64,000 nucleotides of DNA from Candidatus Micrarchaeota archaeon (GCA_964579265.1 CAZOFO010000002.1:1-64000), one strand, 5' to 3'. Numbered from the stretch's first letter, positions 29,846 to 39,862 are shown. The notes: generated by a model from the letters alone, not told the origin. Program-made: numbers and translations.

Positions 29846-30865
29846 ATGATAGAGATAGACGGATCAGAAGGAGGAGGACAAATACTAAGAACAGCATCTT
29901 CCTTAGCAGCCGTTACAGGGAAAAAAGTAAAAATAGAAAACATAAGAGGATCAAGACCAAACCCAGGTCTAAAAGAACAACATCTCAAAGGATTAAGAGG
30001 TATAGCCGATATAAGTAATGGAGAGCTAGAAAACGATAAAAAAGGATCAAAGGAAATAATATTTATACCTGGAGAAAAAATAAACCAAGATCAAAAAATA
30101 AAAATAGAAACAGCCGGATCAATAGGACTAATTCTACAGCAGTTTCAAATACTAGCTCTTAAAAAGAAAATAAACCTAGTAATAGAAGGAGGAGGGACAA
30201 GTGTAAAGTGGTCCCCACCTGTAGAATACATGTCAAAGATATTTCTACCTCTAATTAAGCAATATGGTTACAAAGGAGAGATTAAAATAGAAGAACACGG
30301 GTTCTACCCAAAAGGAGGAGGAAAAGTAAAAGCTCAGTTAAACGGGAAAAAACTTAAGAGGATAAATATAGAAGATAAAGGAGAAATAGAAAAAATAGAC
30401 GGAATTTCAAAAGCCAGTAGAACTTTGAAAGAACAAAGAGTAGCGGAAAGACAAAAAAAGAGAATAAAAAAATTAGTAAAGGAGAAAATGAAGAAAACAC
30501 CATCTATAAAAGAGAAATATGTAAAATCTCTTTCCCCTGGTTCAGTAATCCTATTGAGAGCAAAAACTGAAAAAAGCATTATCGGATCTGACCAATTAGG
30601 AGAAAAAGGTAAAAGAAGTGAAAAAGTTGCTTTAGAAGCTTTTGAAAAACTAAAAAGAGAAATAGATTCTAATTCCTCAGTAGATATTCATATGGCAGAC
30701 CAATTAATACCATATATGGGTTATCTGGAAAAAGAATCAATGATAAAAACTAGAAAGATAACTCAGCATATAAAAACCAATATAGATACAACTAAAAAGA
30801 TATTGAAATCAGATTTCAGGATAGAAGGAAATAAAATCAGGTGCTTAGGAAGAAACACACTTTAG
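29846..30865 (+). CDS. rtcA: RNA 3'-terminal phosphate cyclase
   Basis: EGGGQILRT, RPNPGL, GFYPKGGG, VDIHMADQ. Confidence 0.95.
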   Translation: MIEIDGSEGGGQILRTASSLAAVTGKKVKIENIRGSRPNPGLKEQHLKGLRGIADISNGELENDKKGSKEIIFIPGEKINQDQKIKIETAGSIGLILQQFQILALKKKINLVIEGGGTSVKWSPPVEYMSKIFLPLIKQYGYKGEIKIEEHGFYPKGGGKVKAQLNGKKLKRINIEDKGEIEKIDGISKASRTLKEQRVAERQKKRIKKLVKEKMKKTPSIKEKYVKSLSPGSVILLRAKTEKSIIGSDQLGEKGKRSEKVALEAFEKLKREIDSNSSVDIHMADQLIPYMGYLEKESMIKTRKITQHIKTNIDTTKKILKSDFRIEGNKIRCLGRNTL

Positions 30866-30870
30866 TAAAA

Positions 30871-31749
30871 CTAAATAGTAACCCTAACTAGATACAGGAA
30901 AGCATCACCTATAACCAAACTGATTAGAAGAGCTAAAAAGATATATGGGACAAAAATAGGGAGATCTTCACAGACAGGAACTTTTTCATAATTAGATTCT
31001 TCCGCTTTTTTCTTAATATTCTTCAATTCAGGACTAGTAAATGTTTTTCTCCATAATCCAAGTTCCTCTTGCTTTTCTTCACTAATCTGCTCAAGTGCAA
31101 GAACATCATCATCATTCAAATCCTTTATAGGTTTCTTAACACTATAGAAAAGATCTATCATGTCCTCCTTAAATGGTATTAAAGAAACAGTAATAGCCAT
31201 AGGTATGAATAGAAATAGAAAAGCAATACTCATATAAATCCAAATCAGGAGCAAAGGTGTTAATAAAGCAGCAAACAGTAATCCTTTTTTAATCTTTCTA
31301 GAATACTCTTCTATTTCATTCTTCTTTTTAAATATTTTATAATGGTTTTGTATCGATATAGCAAACATAGGTCCTATTATACCTGAAAGAATGAATACAG
31401 ACCCTACAAAAGGATAAACTGGTATAGCTGGATTTATACCTATTGATTCTGCAATTGGTTTCATTATATCAGGGTAATAAGGTACTAAAAGAGCTATTGC
31501 TGTGAATAGTTTTACATCTCCTCCTCCTATCTGTCCGAAAGAATACATTGCAAACCCAATTCCAAAAACAATTGCAGCTACGCTATATATGAATAAAAGA
31601 TTATTATGGACTATTGGAGCTAATATTATGCCTGAAGCGATCATGAAATGGCTTAATTTATCTGGTATAATGCTTGATTTGTAGTCAGTATAAGCTGCTA
31701 TGCCTGTTCCTATTACAACTATCAATAGATTGATTATTATAGGGTCCAT
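30871..31749 (-). CDS. A24-family prepilin/prearchaellin peptidase
   Basis: YTDYK..IPD, IGGGDVKL, LPIFVPYI; multi-TM. Confidence 0.85.
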   Translation of the reverse strand: MDPIIINLLIVVIGTGIAAYTDYKSSIIPDKLSHFMIASGIILAPIVHNNLLFIYSVAAIVFGIGFAMYSFGQIGGGDVKLFTAIALLVPYYPDIMKPIAESIGINPAIPVYPFVGSVFILSGIIGPMFAISIQNHYKIFKKKNEIEEYSRKIKKGLLFAALLTPLLLIWIYMSIAFLFLFIPMAITVSLIPFKEDMIDLFYSVKKPIKDLNDDDVLALEQISEEKQEELGLWRKTFTSPELKNIKKKAEESNYEKVPVCEDLPIFVPYIFLALLISLVIGDAFLYLVRVTI

Positions 31750-31770
31750 TTTATCAACTTTTCATTTTTA

Positions 31771-33006
31771 TCAATGAATCTCTAATACATTTAATTTTTC
31801 AGTTTCTAGTTTATTCCTCATAGATTCAGCGAAACTAGGTCTTGTTCTACCGTAATCACCTGAAACAAGTTCTTTTATGTAAGTACCTGCTTCCGCTTTT
31901 ATCTTAACTTTGAATCTTTTATCCTCTATCTTTTCAGCTTCTACTTCTTTTATTTCTCTTTCCCTTGCTTTATCTGCTCTTCTGTGGTTAACTCTAGTCG
32001 GTGTTCTTTGCTCTATTTCTTTATTTTTAAATTCTTCTTCCAGTTTTTTCATATCTTCTTCTGTCACTTCTTTTTCAGCTTTTACCCATATTTCATAGGT
32101 TTTGTTACTTCTCTTTGATTTCAAATCAATTACTTCTTCCTTATCAGATTCTCTTAAATCTTTTATCTCTATTTTACCTTCAGCATTTTCCTTTACCTTT
32201 TCTTTAAATTTTTCTAAGTCTATATTTCTTTTCTTTGGTCTCAGAGCCTCTATAACAAAGGGTCTTCCCTCACCTAGCATCAGAGCATCTTTATCTTCTC
32301 TTCCTTGACCATGGAACTTTGATTCTTCTGCTCCTGTCATTTTGAATAGAGGTCCTGCTATTATTCCTTCAACAGTATATGGGAACTGTTGACCTGAATC
32401 ATCACACTCTTCGCATCCTTCTCCATCGCAGTGTCTACATGGCCATTTCGTTTGGGGTATTTCTCTTTCCAATTTTCTGTATCTGCCGTAGATGTATAGA
32501 GATTTGATTTGTGTTTCTATTTTATTCTCTTTGAAGTTCAATATGAATGTTATTTCTGGATCTTCGAACTCTACTTCCTTATTTGTATTTTTCTCTATTT
32601 TTTTACCTGTTTCTCTGTTGATTTGTCTCTTTATTGGTTCTGCATCTTCTGGTACTATTTCAGACCATATTTGTTCTTCGTTTTCAGCTATTTCTCCAGG
32701 AACCTTTGTTCCAACCAGGAAATTATTGAATTCCCATTTTTCAGCTTCTTTAAATAATTTTGACTGCATTTTAGGGAGTTCTTTGAGTAATCCGTTACAT
32801 ATTTGGCAATTTTCTTTTTTCTGAGGATTTAAATTCTCTTTCTCTATTATCTTTTCTATTTGTTCCTGGTCCTGAGCTTTTCTTAATGCTGCGCCTATTG
32901 TTCCATTTGGTATTCCTTGATGTTTAAGTGTTATTTGTCTTCCTAAACAATGATCACATATTTCTCCTCTTTTCATTAATTTTTCTTTTATTTTAATTGA
33001 ATTCAT
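31771..33006 (-). CDS. pus10: tRNA pseudouridine(54/55) synthase Pus10
   Basis: CDHCLGR, GRYRK..PQTKW, GREDKDA, QRTPTRV, AGTYIKE. Confidence 0.95.
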   Translation of the reverse strand: MNSIKIKEKLMKRGEICDHCLGRQITLKHQGIPNGTIGAALRKAQDQEQIEKIIEKENLNPQKKENCQICNGLLKELPKMQSKLFKEAEKWEFNNFLVGTKVPGEIAENEEQIWSEIVPEDAEPIKRQINRETGKKIEKNTNKEVEFEDPEITFILNFKENKIETQIKSLYIYGRYRKLEREIPQTKWPCRHCDGEGCEECDDSGQQFPYTVEGIIAGPLFKMTGAEESKFHGQGREDKDALMLGEGRPFVIEALRPKKRNIDLEKFKEKVKENAEGKIEIKDLRESDKEEVIDLKSKRSNKTYEIWVKAEKEVTEEDMKKLEEEFKNKEIEQRTPTRVNHRRADKAREREIKEVEAEKIEDKRFKVKIKAEAGTYIKELVSGDYGRTRPSFAESMRNKLETEKLNVLEIH

Positions 33007-33520
33007 AGGTTTTTATCTCCGTTTTATCTTCTTTTATTTTTTTTATTTTGATTTTTTGGTTTATTTCAATGGTTATGAAGCTTGGTTTGGGGTTTGATCC
33101 TCCACCGCTCCAGGCTCCTGTAGCGGTTCCTGGATTTACAAATAATTTTTCTTTTATTTTTTCAATGTCGAGTTGATGTGTGTGTCCGTGGATTAATATA
33201 TCTGTATCTTCTTGTTCAGCTATGTATCTTAATCTGTCTTTGTTTCCTCTTGGGAAGATTTGGTCTCCATGTAAGGCTGTGATCTTTATTCCTTTTTTTT
33301 CTAACTGTATTTTTCTTGGAAAGTTTTCTTTATCTGTATTTCCTTTAACTGTTTTGGTTTTCGCTATTTTTTGAAGTTCTTTTAATGTTTTTTTGTTTCC
33401 TATATCTCCTGTACAGATTATTATTTCCGGTGATTCTTCTTTTAGCTTTTTCTTTATTTTTTCAGGGATTTTACGTACTCTGGAGGGTATGTGGAAATCT
33501 CCTATGACTGCTATTTTCAT
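32993..33520 (-). CDS. MJ0936/YfcE/Vps29-like metallophosphoesterase
   Basis: GDFH, TGD, GNTD, HG, GHTH, NPGTATGA. Confidence 0.9.
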   Translation of the reverse strand: MKIAVIGDFHIPSRVRKIPEKIKKKLKEESPEIIICTGDIGNKKTLKELQKIAKTKTVKGNTDKENFPRKIQLEKKGIKITALHGDQIFPRGNKDRLRYIAEQEDTDILIHGHTHQLDIEKIKEKLFVNPGTATGAWSGGGSNPKPSFITIEINQKIKIKKIKEDKTEIKTYEFN

Positions 33521-33538
33521 TTTTTATCTTTTTTGTTT

Positions 33539-34861
33539 TTAAAATAGTCCTCCTCCGCCTCGTTCCTGCATTTTTTTCATCATTTGCTGCATATTCCTGC
33601 CTTTTCCTCCCTTTAGTTTTTTGATCATTTTTTTACCTTTGTTGAAGTGTTCTATTAATTCTTTTACTTCCGCTTCGGTTCTCCCTGATCCTTTTGCTAT
33701 TCTTTTCTTTCTACTTTGGTTCATTAGGTCTGGATTTTTCATTTCTTCGTTTGTCATTGAGTCCAGTATGTACTGGTATTTCTGCATTTTTTCTTCAGTT
33801 GCTTCTAGTTCTTCTTTTGGCATTTTTTTCTGTATTCCTAGTGCGCTGAATATTTTCCCTAGGGAACCCATTTTGTTAACTGCTTCTAGCTGCTTGTAGA
33901 AAGTTTGGAAGTCGTATTTTCCTTTCATTAGTTCCTGTGGATCTAGTTCTGTTTCTTGTGTTGCTCTTTGAACTCTTTTTAGTAATTCTCCGAGGTCTGG
34001 TTTTCCAAGGAGGTTTGCCACGAAGTCTTCAGCTTCGAATATTTTGAATTCGTGTATTTTTTCTCCCGTTCCTATGAATGATACTGGGATTCCTGCTTGT
34101 GAACATGCTGTTAGTGCTCCTCCTGCTTTTGCTGAGGTGTCTGTTTTTGTTACTATTACCCCTGTTAGACCTATTTCTTTGTTGAAGTCTTCTGCTATTC
34201 TTTCAGCTGTTTTTCCTGTATCTGCTGAGAGGACTAGGAAAGATTCTTCTGGGTTTAGTTTTTTCTCTATTTCATTTATTTCTTTTAGGAGTTCTTGATT
34301 GACATTGTCTCTTCCTGCGGAGTCAATTATTCTGATATCGTAGTTTTCAGTTTTATCCAGGTATTTTTCAAGTACTTCTGTTCCTTTTTCAGCTTCCGGT
34401 TCTCCGTAGACATCTAGGTTGGATTCTTCTCCTAGTTGTTTCAGTTGTTCGTACGCTGCGGGCCTATCGGTATCGGTGGTTATGGCGCATACTTTCATTC
34501 CTCTTTTAGAGTAGAAATTAGCTAATTTAGCTACTGTAGTTGTTTTTCCTGATCCATATAAACCTGTTAGTAATATATCATGGCCTTTCATCCTTGGTTT
34601 GTATTCTTCTCCACCAAGAGCTTCTTTTAGTTCATTATATATGAGTTTAGTTATGAATTCTTTTTTGGAGACACCTTTTGGAAATTCTTTTTCTTTTATT
34701 TCTTCTTTTATATTATCAGTTATTTGTTTTACTAATTCTACTGATACATCTGCCTGTATTAATATTCTCTGTATATCTTTGGTTATTTCTTCAACTAGTT
34801 CCTCGTCTATGACTCTTGATTGAGTTATTTTGTTCATTACGTTCTGCAGTTTGTCTAACAT
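33539..34861 (-). CDS. srp54: Signal recognition particle protein SRP54
   Basis: GLYGSGKTTT, DSAGR, TKTD, M domain SRKKRIAKGSG. Confidence 0.96.
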   Translation of the reverse strand: MLDKLQNVMNKITQSRVIDEELVEEITKDIQRILIQADVSVELVKQITDNIKEEIKEKEFPKGVSKKEFITKLIYNELKEALGGEEYKPRMKGHDILLTGLYGSGKTTTVAKLANFYSKRGMKVCAITTDTDRPAAYEQLKQLGEESNLDVYGEPEAEKGTEVLEKYLDKTENYDIRIIDSAGRDNVNQELLKEINEIEKKLNPEESFLVLSADTGKTAERIAEDFNKEIGLTGVIVTKTDTSAKAGGALTACSQAGIPVSFIGTGEKIHEFKIFEAEDFVANLLGKPDLGELLKRVQRATQETELDPQELMKGKYDFQTFYKQLEAVNKMGSLGKIFSALGIQKKMPKEELEATEEKMQKYQYILDSMTNEEMKNPDLMNQSRKKRIAKGSGRTEAEVKELIEHFNKGKKMIKKLKGGKGRNMQQMMKKMQERGGGGLF

Positions 34862-34888
34862 ACTAACACGTTATTATTTCTTTGTTCT

Positions 34889-35839
34889 TTAAGGTATTAT
34901 TTTATCTATAAACCATTGTTTTTTAAATTCTTTTAAATCTTTGATTTTTTGACCTGTTCCTATGTAGTGTATTGGTTTTTTTATGATACTGGAAAGGGAT
35001 AATAAGCAACCTCCTTTAGCGTCTGTGTCTACTTTGGTTACTATAAATCCGTCTATCCCTATTTTATCATTAAATTTCTTTGCTTGATCGACTGCAGCAT
35101 TTCCTGCTACTGCTTCAGTGACATAAATGGTTTTGTCAGGTTCAGTTACATCTTTTATTTTTTCCAGTTGCCTCATGAGGTTTTTATCGAGTTCGCTTCT
35201 ACCTGCAGTGTCTATGAGTACTACATCTTTGTTTTTTGCCTCTGCGTGTTCTTTAGCATCGTAACATACTGCAGCAGGGTCAGCTCCGTATTCGTGTTTT
35301 ATTAGTTTAGCGTCGAGTTTTTCAGACCATTTCTCTATTTGTTCTATACTAGCTGCTCTGAAAGTATCTGCTGCTGCTAGTACTATTTCTTTTCCTTCTT
35401 CTTGAAGCATTTTTCCTGTTTTAGCTATAGTGGTGGTTTTACCATGCCCGTTTGGACCTAAAAAAAGCACTAGGTAAGGTTCTGAGTCTTTTTTATCCTT
35501 TATTTCTTGGTGTAAATAGGTTTCTGGTTCCTTAAGATGTTCTTGTAGAATATTTTTTATTGTTTCTTTAATTATCTTTGTTAAATTCTCTTTAGCTTTT
35601 ATTTCTCTCTCTGTTAGAGCATCTTTAATTTGTTTTTCTATATCTTCTGCAACCTCTAGGGAGACATCAGAGCTCAGTAAAGATAATCTGAGCTCTTCTA
35701 ATGGTTCTTTGATATCTTTCTCTTTTATAGTTGTTTTTCTTTTTATTTTTTTCTTCAGTTTTGTCTCCAGAGATGGTTTTGCCTCAAGCTCTTCCTCTCC
35801 GAGGAAGTCTTGAAACTGTTCTCTCAGCTTCTCAAACAT
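34889..35839 (-). CDS. ftsY: SRP receptor FtsY
   Basis: GPNGHGKTTT, DTFRAAS, DTAGR, TKVDTDAKGG. Confidence 0.96.
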   Translation of the reverse strand: MFEKLREQFQDFLGEEELEAKPSLETKLKKKIKRKTTIKEKDIKEPLEELRLSLLSSDVSLEVAEDIEKQIKDALTEREIKAKENLTKIIKETIKNILQEHLKEPETYLHQEIKDKKDSEPYLVLFLGPNGHGKTTTIAKTGKMLQEEGKEIVLAAADTFRAASIEQIEKWSEKLDAKLIKHEYGADPAAVCYDAKEHAEAKNKDVVLIDTAGRSELDKNLMRQLEKIKDVTEPDKTIYVTEAVAGNAAVDQAKKFNDKIGIDGFIVTKVDTDAKGGCLLSLSSIIKKPIHYIGTGQKIKDLKEFKKQWFIDKIIP

Positions 35840-35850
35840 TTTTTTATCCT

Positions 35851-36261
35851 TTACTGTCCTGATTGAGGTTGTGGCCTCATCTGGCTAGCCATTTGTTTGT
35901 ATTGGTTCTGTAATTTTTGCAGTTGAGCTTTTAAGTTTTTTCTAGCTTCTATTAAGCTGTCTTTTCTATCTCCTAATGTATTTATTGCTTTTTTAGGTGT
36001 TTTTTCTATTACTACTCCTGCTCCTGCTTCTACCAGTGTTTTTTCTGTATTTTTTATCTCTGCAGGCATGTAAACTCCTTCTCCTACTGGTGAGATTATT
36101 TCTTGTTCTTTTTTTTCCGATATTTCTTCTATTCCTTCTCTAGTTGAATCTATTCTGTTTATCTGTTGGTTCACCTGTTGTAGGTCTTCCTGTATTTTTT
36201 TCATCCTTTGTTGTATTCTTCTTATCTGTAGAGCCATTTTTTGTTGTTCTTGTTGAGTCAT
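35851..36261 (-). CDS. pfdA: Prefoldin alpha subunit
   Basis: Coiled coils around PVGEGVY...VEAGAGVVIEK; operon position. Confidence 0.92.
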   Translation of the reverse strand: MTQQEQQKMALQIRRIQQRMKKIQEDLQQVNQQINRIDSTREGIEEISEKKEQEIISPVGEGVYMPAEIKNTEKTLVEAGAGVVIEKTPKKAINTLGDRKDSLIEARKNLKAQLQKLQNQYKQMASQMRPQPQSGQ

Positions 36262-36282
36262 ATTCTGTTACCTCCTATATCA

Positions 36283-36915
36283 TTAATCGAGTACAAATAC
36301 TTCGTCTATCCTATTTATTTCTGGTCCTGTGGTTTCTTTTCCTACTAGTATTCCTTCATTGTTTCCTATTATTCCGTTTTTTATGTATGGATCTCCAAAA
36401 TTTACTGTGCCTATTTTTCCTTCTACTTCATATGTTTCTTCTAGTTTTTCGATTTCTTTTTCTTTTGTATTTCTGTGGGCTAGAAATCCTTTGTCAGTAG
36501 CAAAGACAGTTGATCCTACTAAAGTTGTTCCTGCTATTTCCAGTGTTGGTGCTTCTACCTTTTCTTTTAAGAATTTACTTGTAGCGATTCCATTGTTATT
36601 CATTGCTACTAAATTACCTATTGCTGTATATTTAGTATCAATAACTTCTATTTCTTCGAAATAATTCTCTAGAGTTTCTTTTTCGTGTTCCATTATTGTT
36701 GAAGGTAATATTATCCTTTTATCATTCATTGCAGTAAATACTCCTATTAGATTGGAGTTGCATATGGTTGTTTCAACTATTTCGGTTTTTAGAGTTTCTT
36801 TTATTTTTTTCCTGTAGTTTTCAGTGGATGTAGGTGGGACTATGGTTATCTCATTATTTGATTTTGAGAATACTCCTATCTCAGATGATTTTTGATAACT
36901 CGTTCTACCTATCAT
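36283..36915 (-). CDS. eif6: Translation initiation factor 6
   Basis: IGVF, GTVNFG, TTGPE; operon position. Confidence 0.93.
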   Translation of the reverse strand: MIGRTSYQKSSEIGVFSKSNNEITIVPPTSTENYRKKIKETLKTEIVETTICNSNLIGVFTAMNDKRIILPSTIMEHEKETLENYFEEIEVIDTKYTAIGNLVAMNNNGIATSKFLKEKVEAPTLEIAGTTLVGSTVFATDKGFLAHRNTKEKEIEKLEETYEVEGKIGTVNFGDPYIKNGIIGNNEGILVGKETTGPEINRIDEVFVLD

Positions 36916-36949
36916 TTTAGCACCATTTGTTCCTTTGCTTTGCTAGGGT

Positions 36950-37444
36950 CTACTGTTCCGCCGGATAAGCAGTTGCTCTTTCAGGAGTCATTTCAACTTT
37001 TATTTGGATCTTTGATGGGGGTTTATTTCCTTTTTTCCAGATTTCTTCATTTAGTTGCCCTGATATCTTTACTTCTCTTTTTAGATGTTTTTTAAGATGT
37101 TTTCTTATCACTTTTGCTGCTTTCTTTGATCTTTTCTTTCTTGGAGCTCTTTTTGCTTTTTTCAGAGGCACTGTAATGTATCTTTCTTCTGTAGGTACTT
37201 CTATCTCTTCTGGTTCTTCCTCTTCAGCTGCTTCCATTGTTTCTTCTAGGCCTGCTTCTTTTAGTTCTTCCTGTATTTCTTCCATTTCTGGTGTTTTTTC
37301 AATATCTTCTGTTTCTATTTTAGTTTCTTCTGTCTCTTCTATATCTTTTTCTTCCGGTTCTTCCTGTTCTGCTTCTTCTATTTGTTCTTCATTTTCTTCT
37401 TCTTGTTTCGATTTTTCGTTTTCTTCTTCTGGCATTTTAGGCAC
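36950..37444 (-). CDS. rpl31e: Ribosomal protein eL31 with ~80-aa acidic N-terminal extension
   Basis: ERYITVPL..RAPRKKRSKKA..LNEEIW..PPSKI. Confidence 0.9.
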   Translation of the reverse strand: MPKMPEEENEKSKQEEENEEQIEEAEQEEPEEKDIEETEETKIETEDIEKTPEMEEIQEELKEAGLEETMEAAEEEEPEEIEVPTEERYITVPLKKAKRAPRKKRSKKAAKVIRKHLKKHLKREVKISGQLNEEIWKKGNKPPSKIQIKVEMTPERATAYPAEQ

Positions 37445-37448
37445 CTTT

Positions 37449-37646
37449 TTATTCGTTTTTCTCCATTTTGTTCTTTATTCTGTTGGAAAGTTTATTTCTT
37501 CTCCAATCTCTTAGTTCTGCTCTTTTCCTCATTGGATGCCAATTTATATCTTCAGTTTTCTGCATTACCCATATTGGTGGCGTTTGATTGGATTTATTGG
37601 CGCTTGCGAGTCGTTTCTTCATTTCTTGGTCTTTGTTGCTTGACAT
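37449..37646 (-). CDS. rpl39e: Ribosomal protein eL39 (slightly extended)
   Basis: KKRLA..KSN..PIWV..KT..R.WRR..L; position; GGTGA SD. Confidence 0.85.
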   Translation of the reverse strand: MSSNKDQEMKKRLASANKSNQTPPIWVMQKTEDINWHPMRKRAELRDWRRNKLSNRIKNKMEKNE

Positions 37647-37699
37647 GTTTCTCACCTAATTTTATATTAACTTTATCTTGGTTTTGTTCTTCCTTTTAT

Positions 37700-38032
37700 T
37701 TATTTTCTTTTGATGTTTAATTCTTTTTTTCCCTTATTGATTTGTTTTAGGAGTTCTTTTAGTTTTTCATCGTCTATTTTACCTTTTATTTGTCCTGATC
37801 TGTGTAGTCGGATTATTAGTGATTCTATTTTTTCTGCTTTTTCCGGTTTTGCTGCTCTTATTCTGCCCAGTCTTTCTCTTGCTTTTTTTGTAAGTGCTTG
37901 TTTTAGCATTTGTTTTTTCATTGCTTCTGCTTGTTTCTGTGCTTGTTCCTGTTTCTCTTGTCTTCCTTCTCTCATTTTTTCTTTTAGTTCTTGTTTTTTC
38001 TTTTCTCTTATTTCAGAGAGGTCTTCAGGCAT
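37700..38032 (-). CDS. PDCD5-like DNA-binding protein
   Basis: LTKKARERLGRI..KPE..IE..I. Confidence 0.92.
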   Translation of the reverse strand: MPEDLSEIREKKKQELKEKMREGRQEKQEQAQKQAEAMKKQMLKQALTKKARERLGRIRAAKPEKAEKIESLIIRLHRSGQIKGKIDDEKLKELLKQINKGKKELNIKRK

Positions 38033-38050
38033 TTTTTATCCTTTTTTAAC

Positions 38051-38470
38051 TTATTTATTGCTTTTTATTTTATTAGTGGTTTCTATAAGCAGAGATTTTC
38101 CTTCTGGAGTGGTCTTTCTTCCTTTTTCTGCCTTTTCCAAGTATCCTGCATCTTCAAGTTGTTGTGTTGCTGTTCTTATTATTTTTCCACTTGCTTTTCT
38201 GTGTTTTTCCGGTGCTGCTCCTCTATCTTTTCTTCCGCCGTACCAGGATCTCAGGGAGTTTATTCCTATTTCTGGGTTCAGGTGTACTTTTCTAAGTATT
38301 GATGCTGATCTCTTATACCACCAGTCTTCTTCTTTTGGTCTTCTTTCTCTGTCTTGTCCTGTTTTAACGTGTTCTGCCCATTTTGGCTTTTTTATTTTTT
38401 CTTCTTCTTTCAATTTCTCTGCAACTTCTTCTATAAGTTCAGATGCTTTTACTTCCTGAATATTAACCAT
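38051..38470 (-). CDS. rps19e: Ribosomal protein eS19
   Basis: VKTG..RER.P..DWWY.RSASILRK, YGG, SGKIIR. Confidence 0.96.
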   Translation of the reverse strand: MVNIQEVKASELIEEVAEKLKEEEKIKKPKWAEHVKTGQDRERRPKEEDWWYKRSASILRKVHLNPEIGINSLRSWYGGRKDRGAAPEKHRKASGKIIRTATQQLEDAGYLEKAEKGRKTTPEGKSLLIETTNKIKSNK

Positions 38471-38614
38471 TTAATCACCTTTAAAAATTTTTCTAGGTTT
38501 TCTCTGTTCTTTAGAGAATTCTGTTTTATGTTTGTGTATGGTTTTTTGTGTTCTTCTTATTTATAACTCTTAATATCAGATGATGATACAGGCATTTTTT
38601 TAGGTTTTTACTTT

Positions 38615-38923
38615 TTATTCTTCATTGTAACCGTAGGTTCTTTTTTCTTTACATTTAAAGCATTCGTATATCATTCTACTATTTTTAGAGTCTATTCGAA
38701 CTTTAACTGTTTCTCCTGGAACCCAGTAGTTGTAGCAATCAGGGCAGAATCTTTTTTTGAAGCCTTTTGGAATAGTTTTGTTGTATTTTTCAGATATATT
38801 GTGGGCTAGTTCCATGTATCTTCTTGATCTTTCAGGATTATCTTCAAACTCTTTTTTAGCTTGTTCAAAGAGCCTTCTTATCCTTTTTTCAGCTAGTTTT
38901 TTTACCCATCTTGGTTTTGACAT
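38615..38923 (-). CDS. rnp4: RNase P protein Rpp21
   Basis: RSRRY, KRFCPDC..VPG..VR..CFKC. Confidence 0.9.
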   Translation of the reverse strand: MSKPRWVKKLAEKRIRRLFEQAKKEFEDNPERSRRYMELAHNISEKYNKTIPKGFKKRFCPDCYNYWVPGETVKVRIDSKNSRMIYECFKCKEKRTYGYNEE

Positions 38924-38993
38924 GGTTAATACCTATGGTTTGTGGTCTCGGTTTATTTTTGTTCTGTGTGCTTTAAAATTATTTCAGAAGAAT

Positions 38994-39006
38994 TTTAGGC
39001 ACTACA
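38994..39006 (-). repeat. TGTAGTGCCTAA motif copy
   Basis: TTTAGGCACTACA on the + strand, intergenic. Confidence 0.9.
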
Positions 39007-39056
39007 TGTATTTTTTGAGTTCATAAATCAAGAAAGAGTTTGAAGTATAATAAGGA

Positions 39057-39159
39057 TGCGCCGACCGGGATTCGAACCCGGGTTGTTGGCTTGGAAGGCC
39101 AATGTTTGTTAGTCCAGCTGTTGTTCCAGGTGGACTCTTAACCCCTGGACCATCGGCGC
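39057..39159 (-). tRNA. tRNA-Gly(TCC) with 31-nt D-arm intron (39106-39136, about position 23/24)
   Basis: Removing the intron restores the GTC/GAC D-stem; bulge-helix-bulge with GTTA/TAAC helix and AGA, AAA bulges. Confidence 0.9.
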
Positions 39160-39188
39160 TTTTCTTTACTTATTATTTTTTTAATGTA

Positions 39189-39743
39189 TTACTTTAAATC
39201 CTCTAGTGTTATTTCTTCTTCAAAAGGTTTGGTTCCTTTAGGATGGTTTATGAATGGTGTTATTAGGATTATACCTATTATCGTTATTATTACTATGCTT
39301 ATTATAACTACTAGATTATCTAGTATGAAGTTTATTAAGGTTGTTCTATCGCTTTCTTCGAACGCTGGGTCAGGTTCAGCTTCTATTTTTCTAGTTTCGA
39401 TATTTCCAAGTATTTCTGATACTATTGAAACTTCAAATTCTTCTTTTTGAGTTATTCTAAAATTAAAAATATATTTTTTTGTTTCATCCCCCTCTATGGA
39501 CACTTCCTGTGTTTTATAACCTGTTTCTTCCGAACCTGCCTCTATTTTGAAGTTTTGAGGTTCTCCACATTGATTTTCAACAAATACCTGTATTTCTAAT
39601 TGGTTTCCTTCTACAGTTTTTCTAATATTAGTTATTTCAAGGCAGTTGCTGCTTCCGGTTTCAGCTATGATTGGAAGAACGAGAAAAATGGAGGATAATA
39701 TTAAAATTTTTCTTATTGGTTTTTTAGAGAGTCTTTTTTTCAT
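39189..39743 (-). CDS. Putative membrane-anchored surface protein
   Basis: N-terminal signal-like segment, beta-rich middle, C-terminal TM. Confidence 0.65.
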   Translation of the reverse strand: MKKRLSKKPIRKILILSSIFLVLPIIAETGSSNCLEITNIRKTVEGNQLEIQVFVENQCGEPQNFKIEAGSEETGYKTQEVSIEGDETKKYIFNFRITQKEEFEVSIVSEILGNIETRKIEAEPDPAFEESDRTTLINFILDNLVVIISIVIITIIGIILITPFINHPKGTKPFEEEITLEDLK

Positions 39744-39780
39744 ATTATTACTTTTTATTTTTGTTTTTGAGGTAGAGGAA

Positions 39781-39852
39781 TGGGAAGACGGGGATTTGAA
39801 CCCCGGACAACCGCCTCTTCAGGGCGGCGCTCTCCCGCTGAGCTATCTTCCC
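39781..39852 (-). tRNA. tRNA-Phe(GAA)
   Basis: GGGAAGA/TCTTCCC acceptor; CCGCC-CTGAAGA-GGCGG. Confidence 0.93.
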
Positions 39853-39862
39853 TGGTAAAAAA

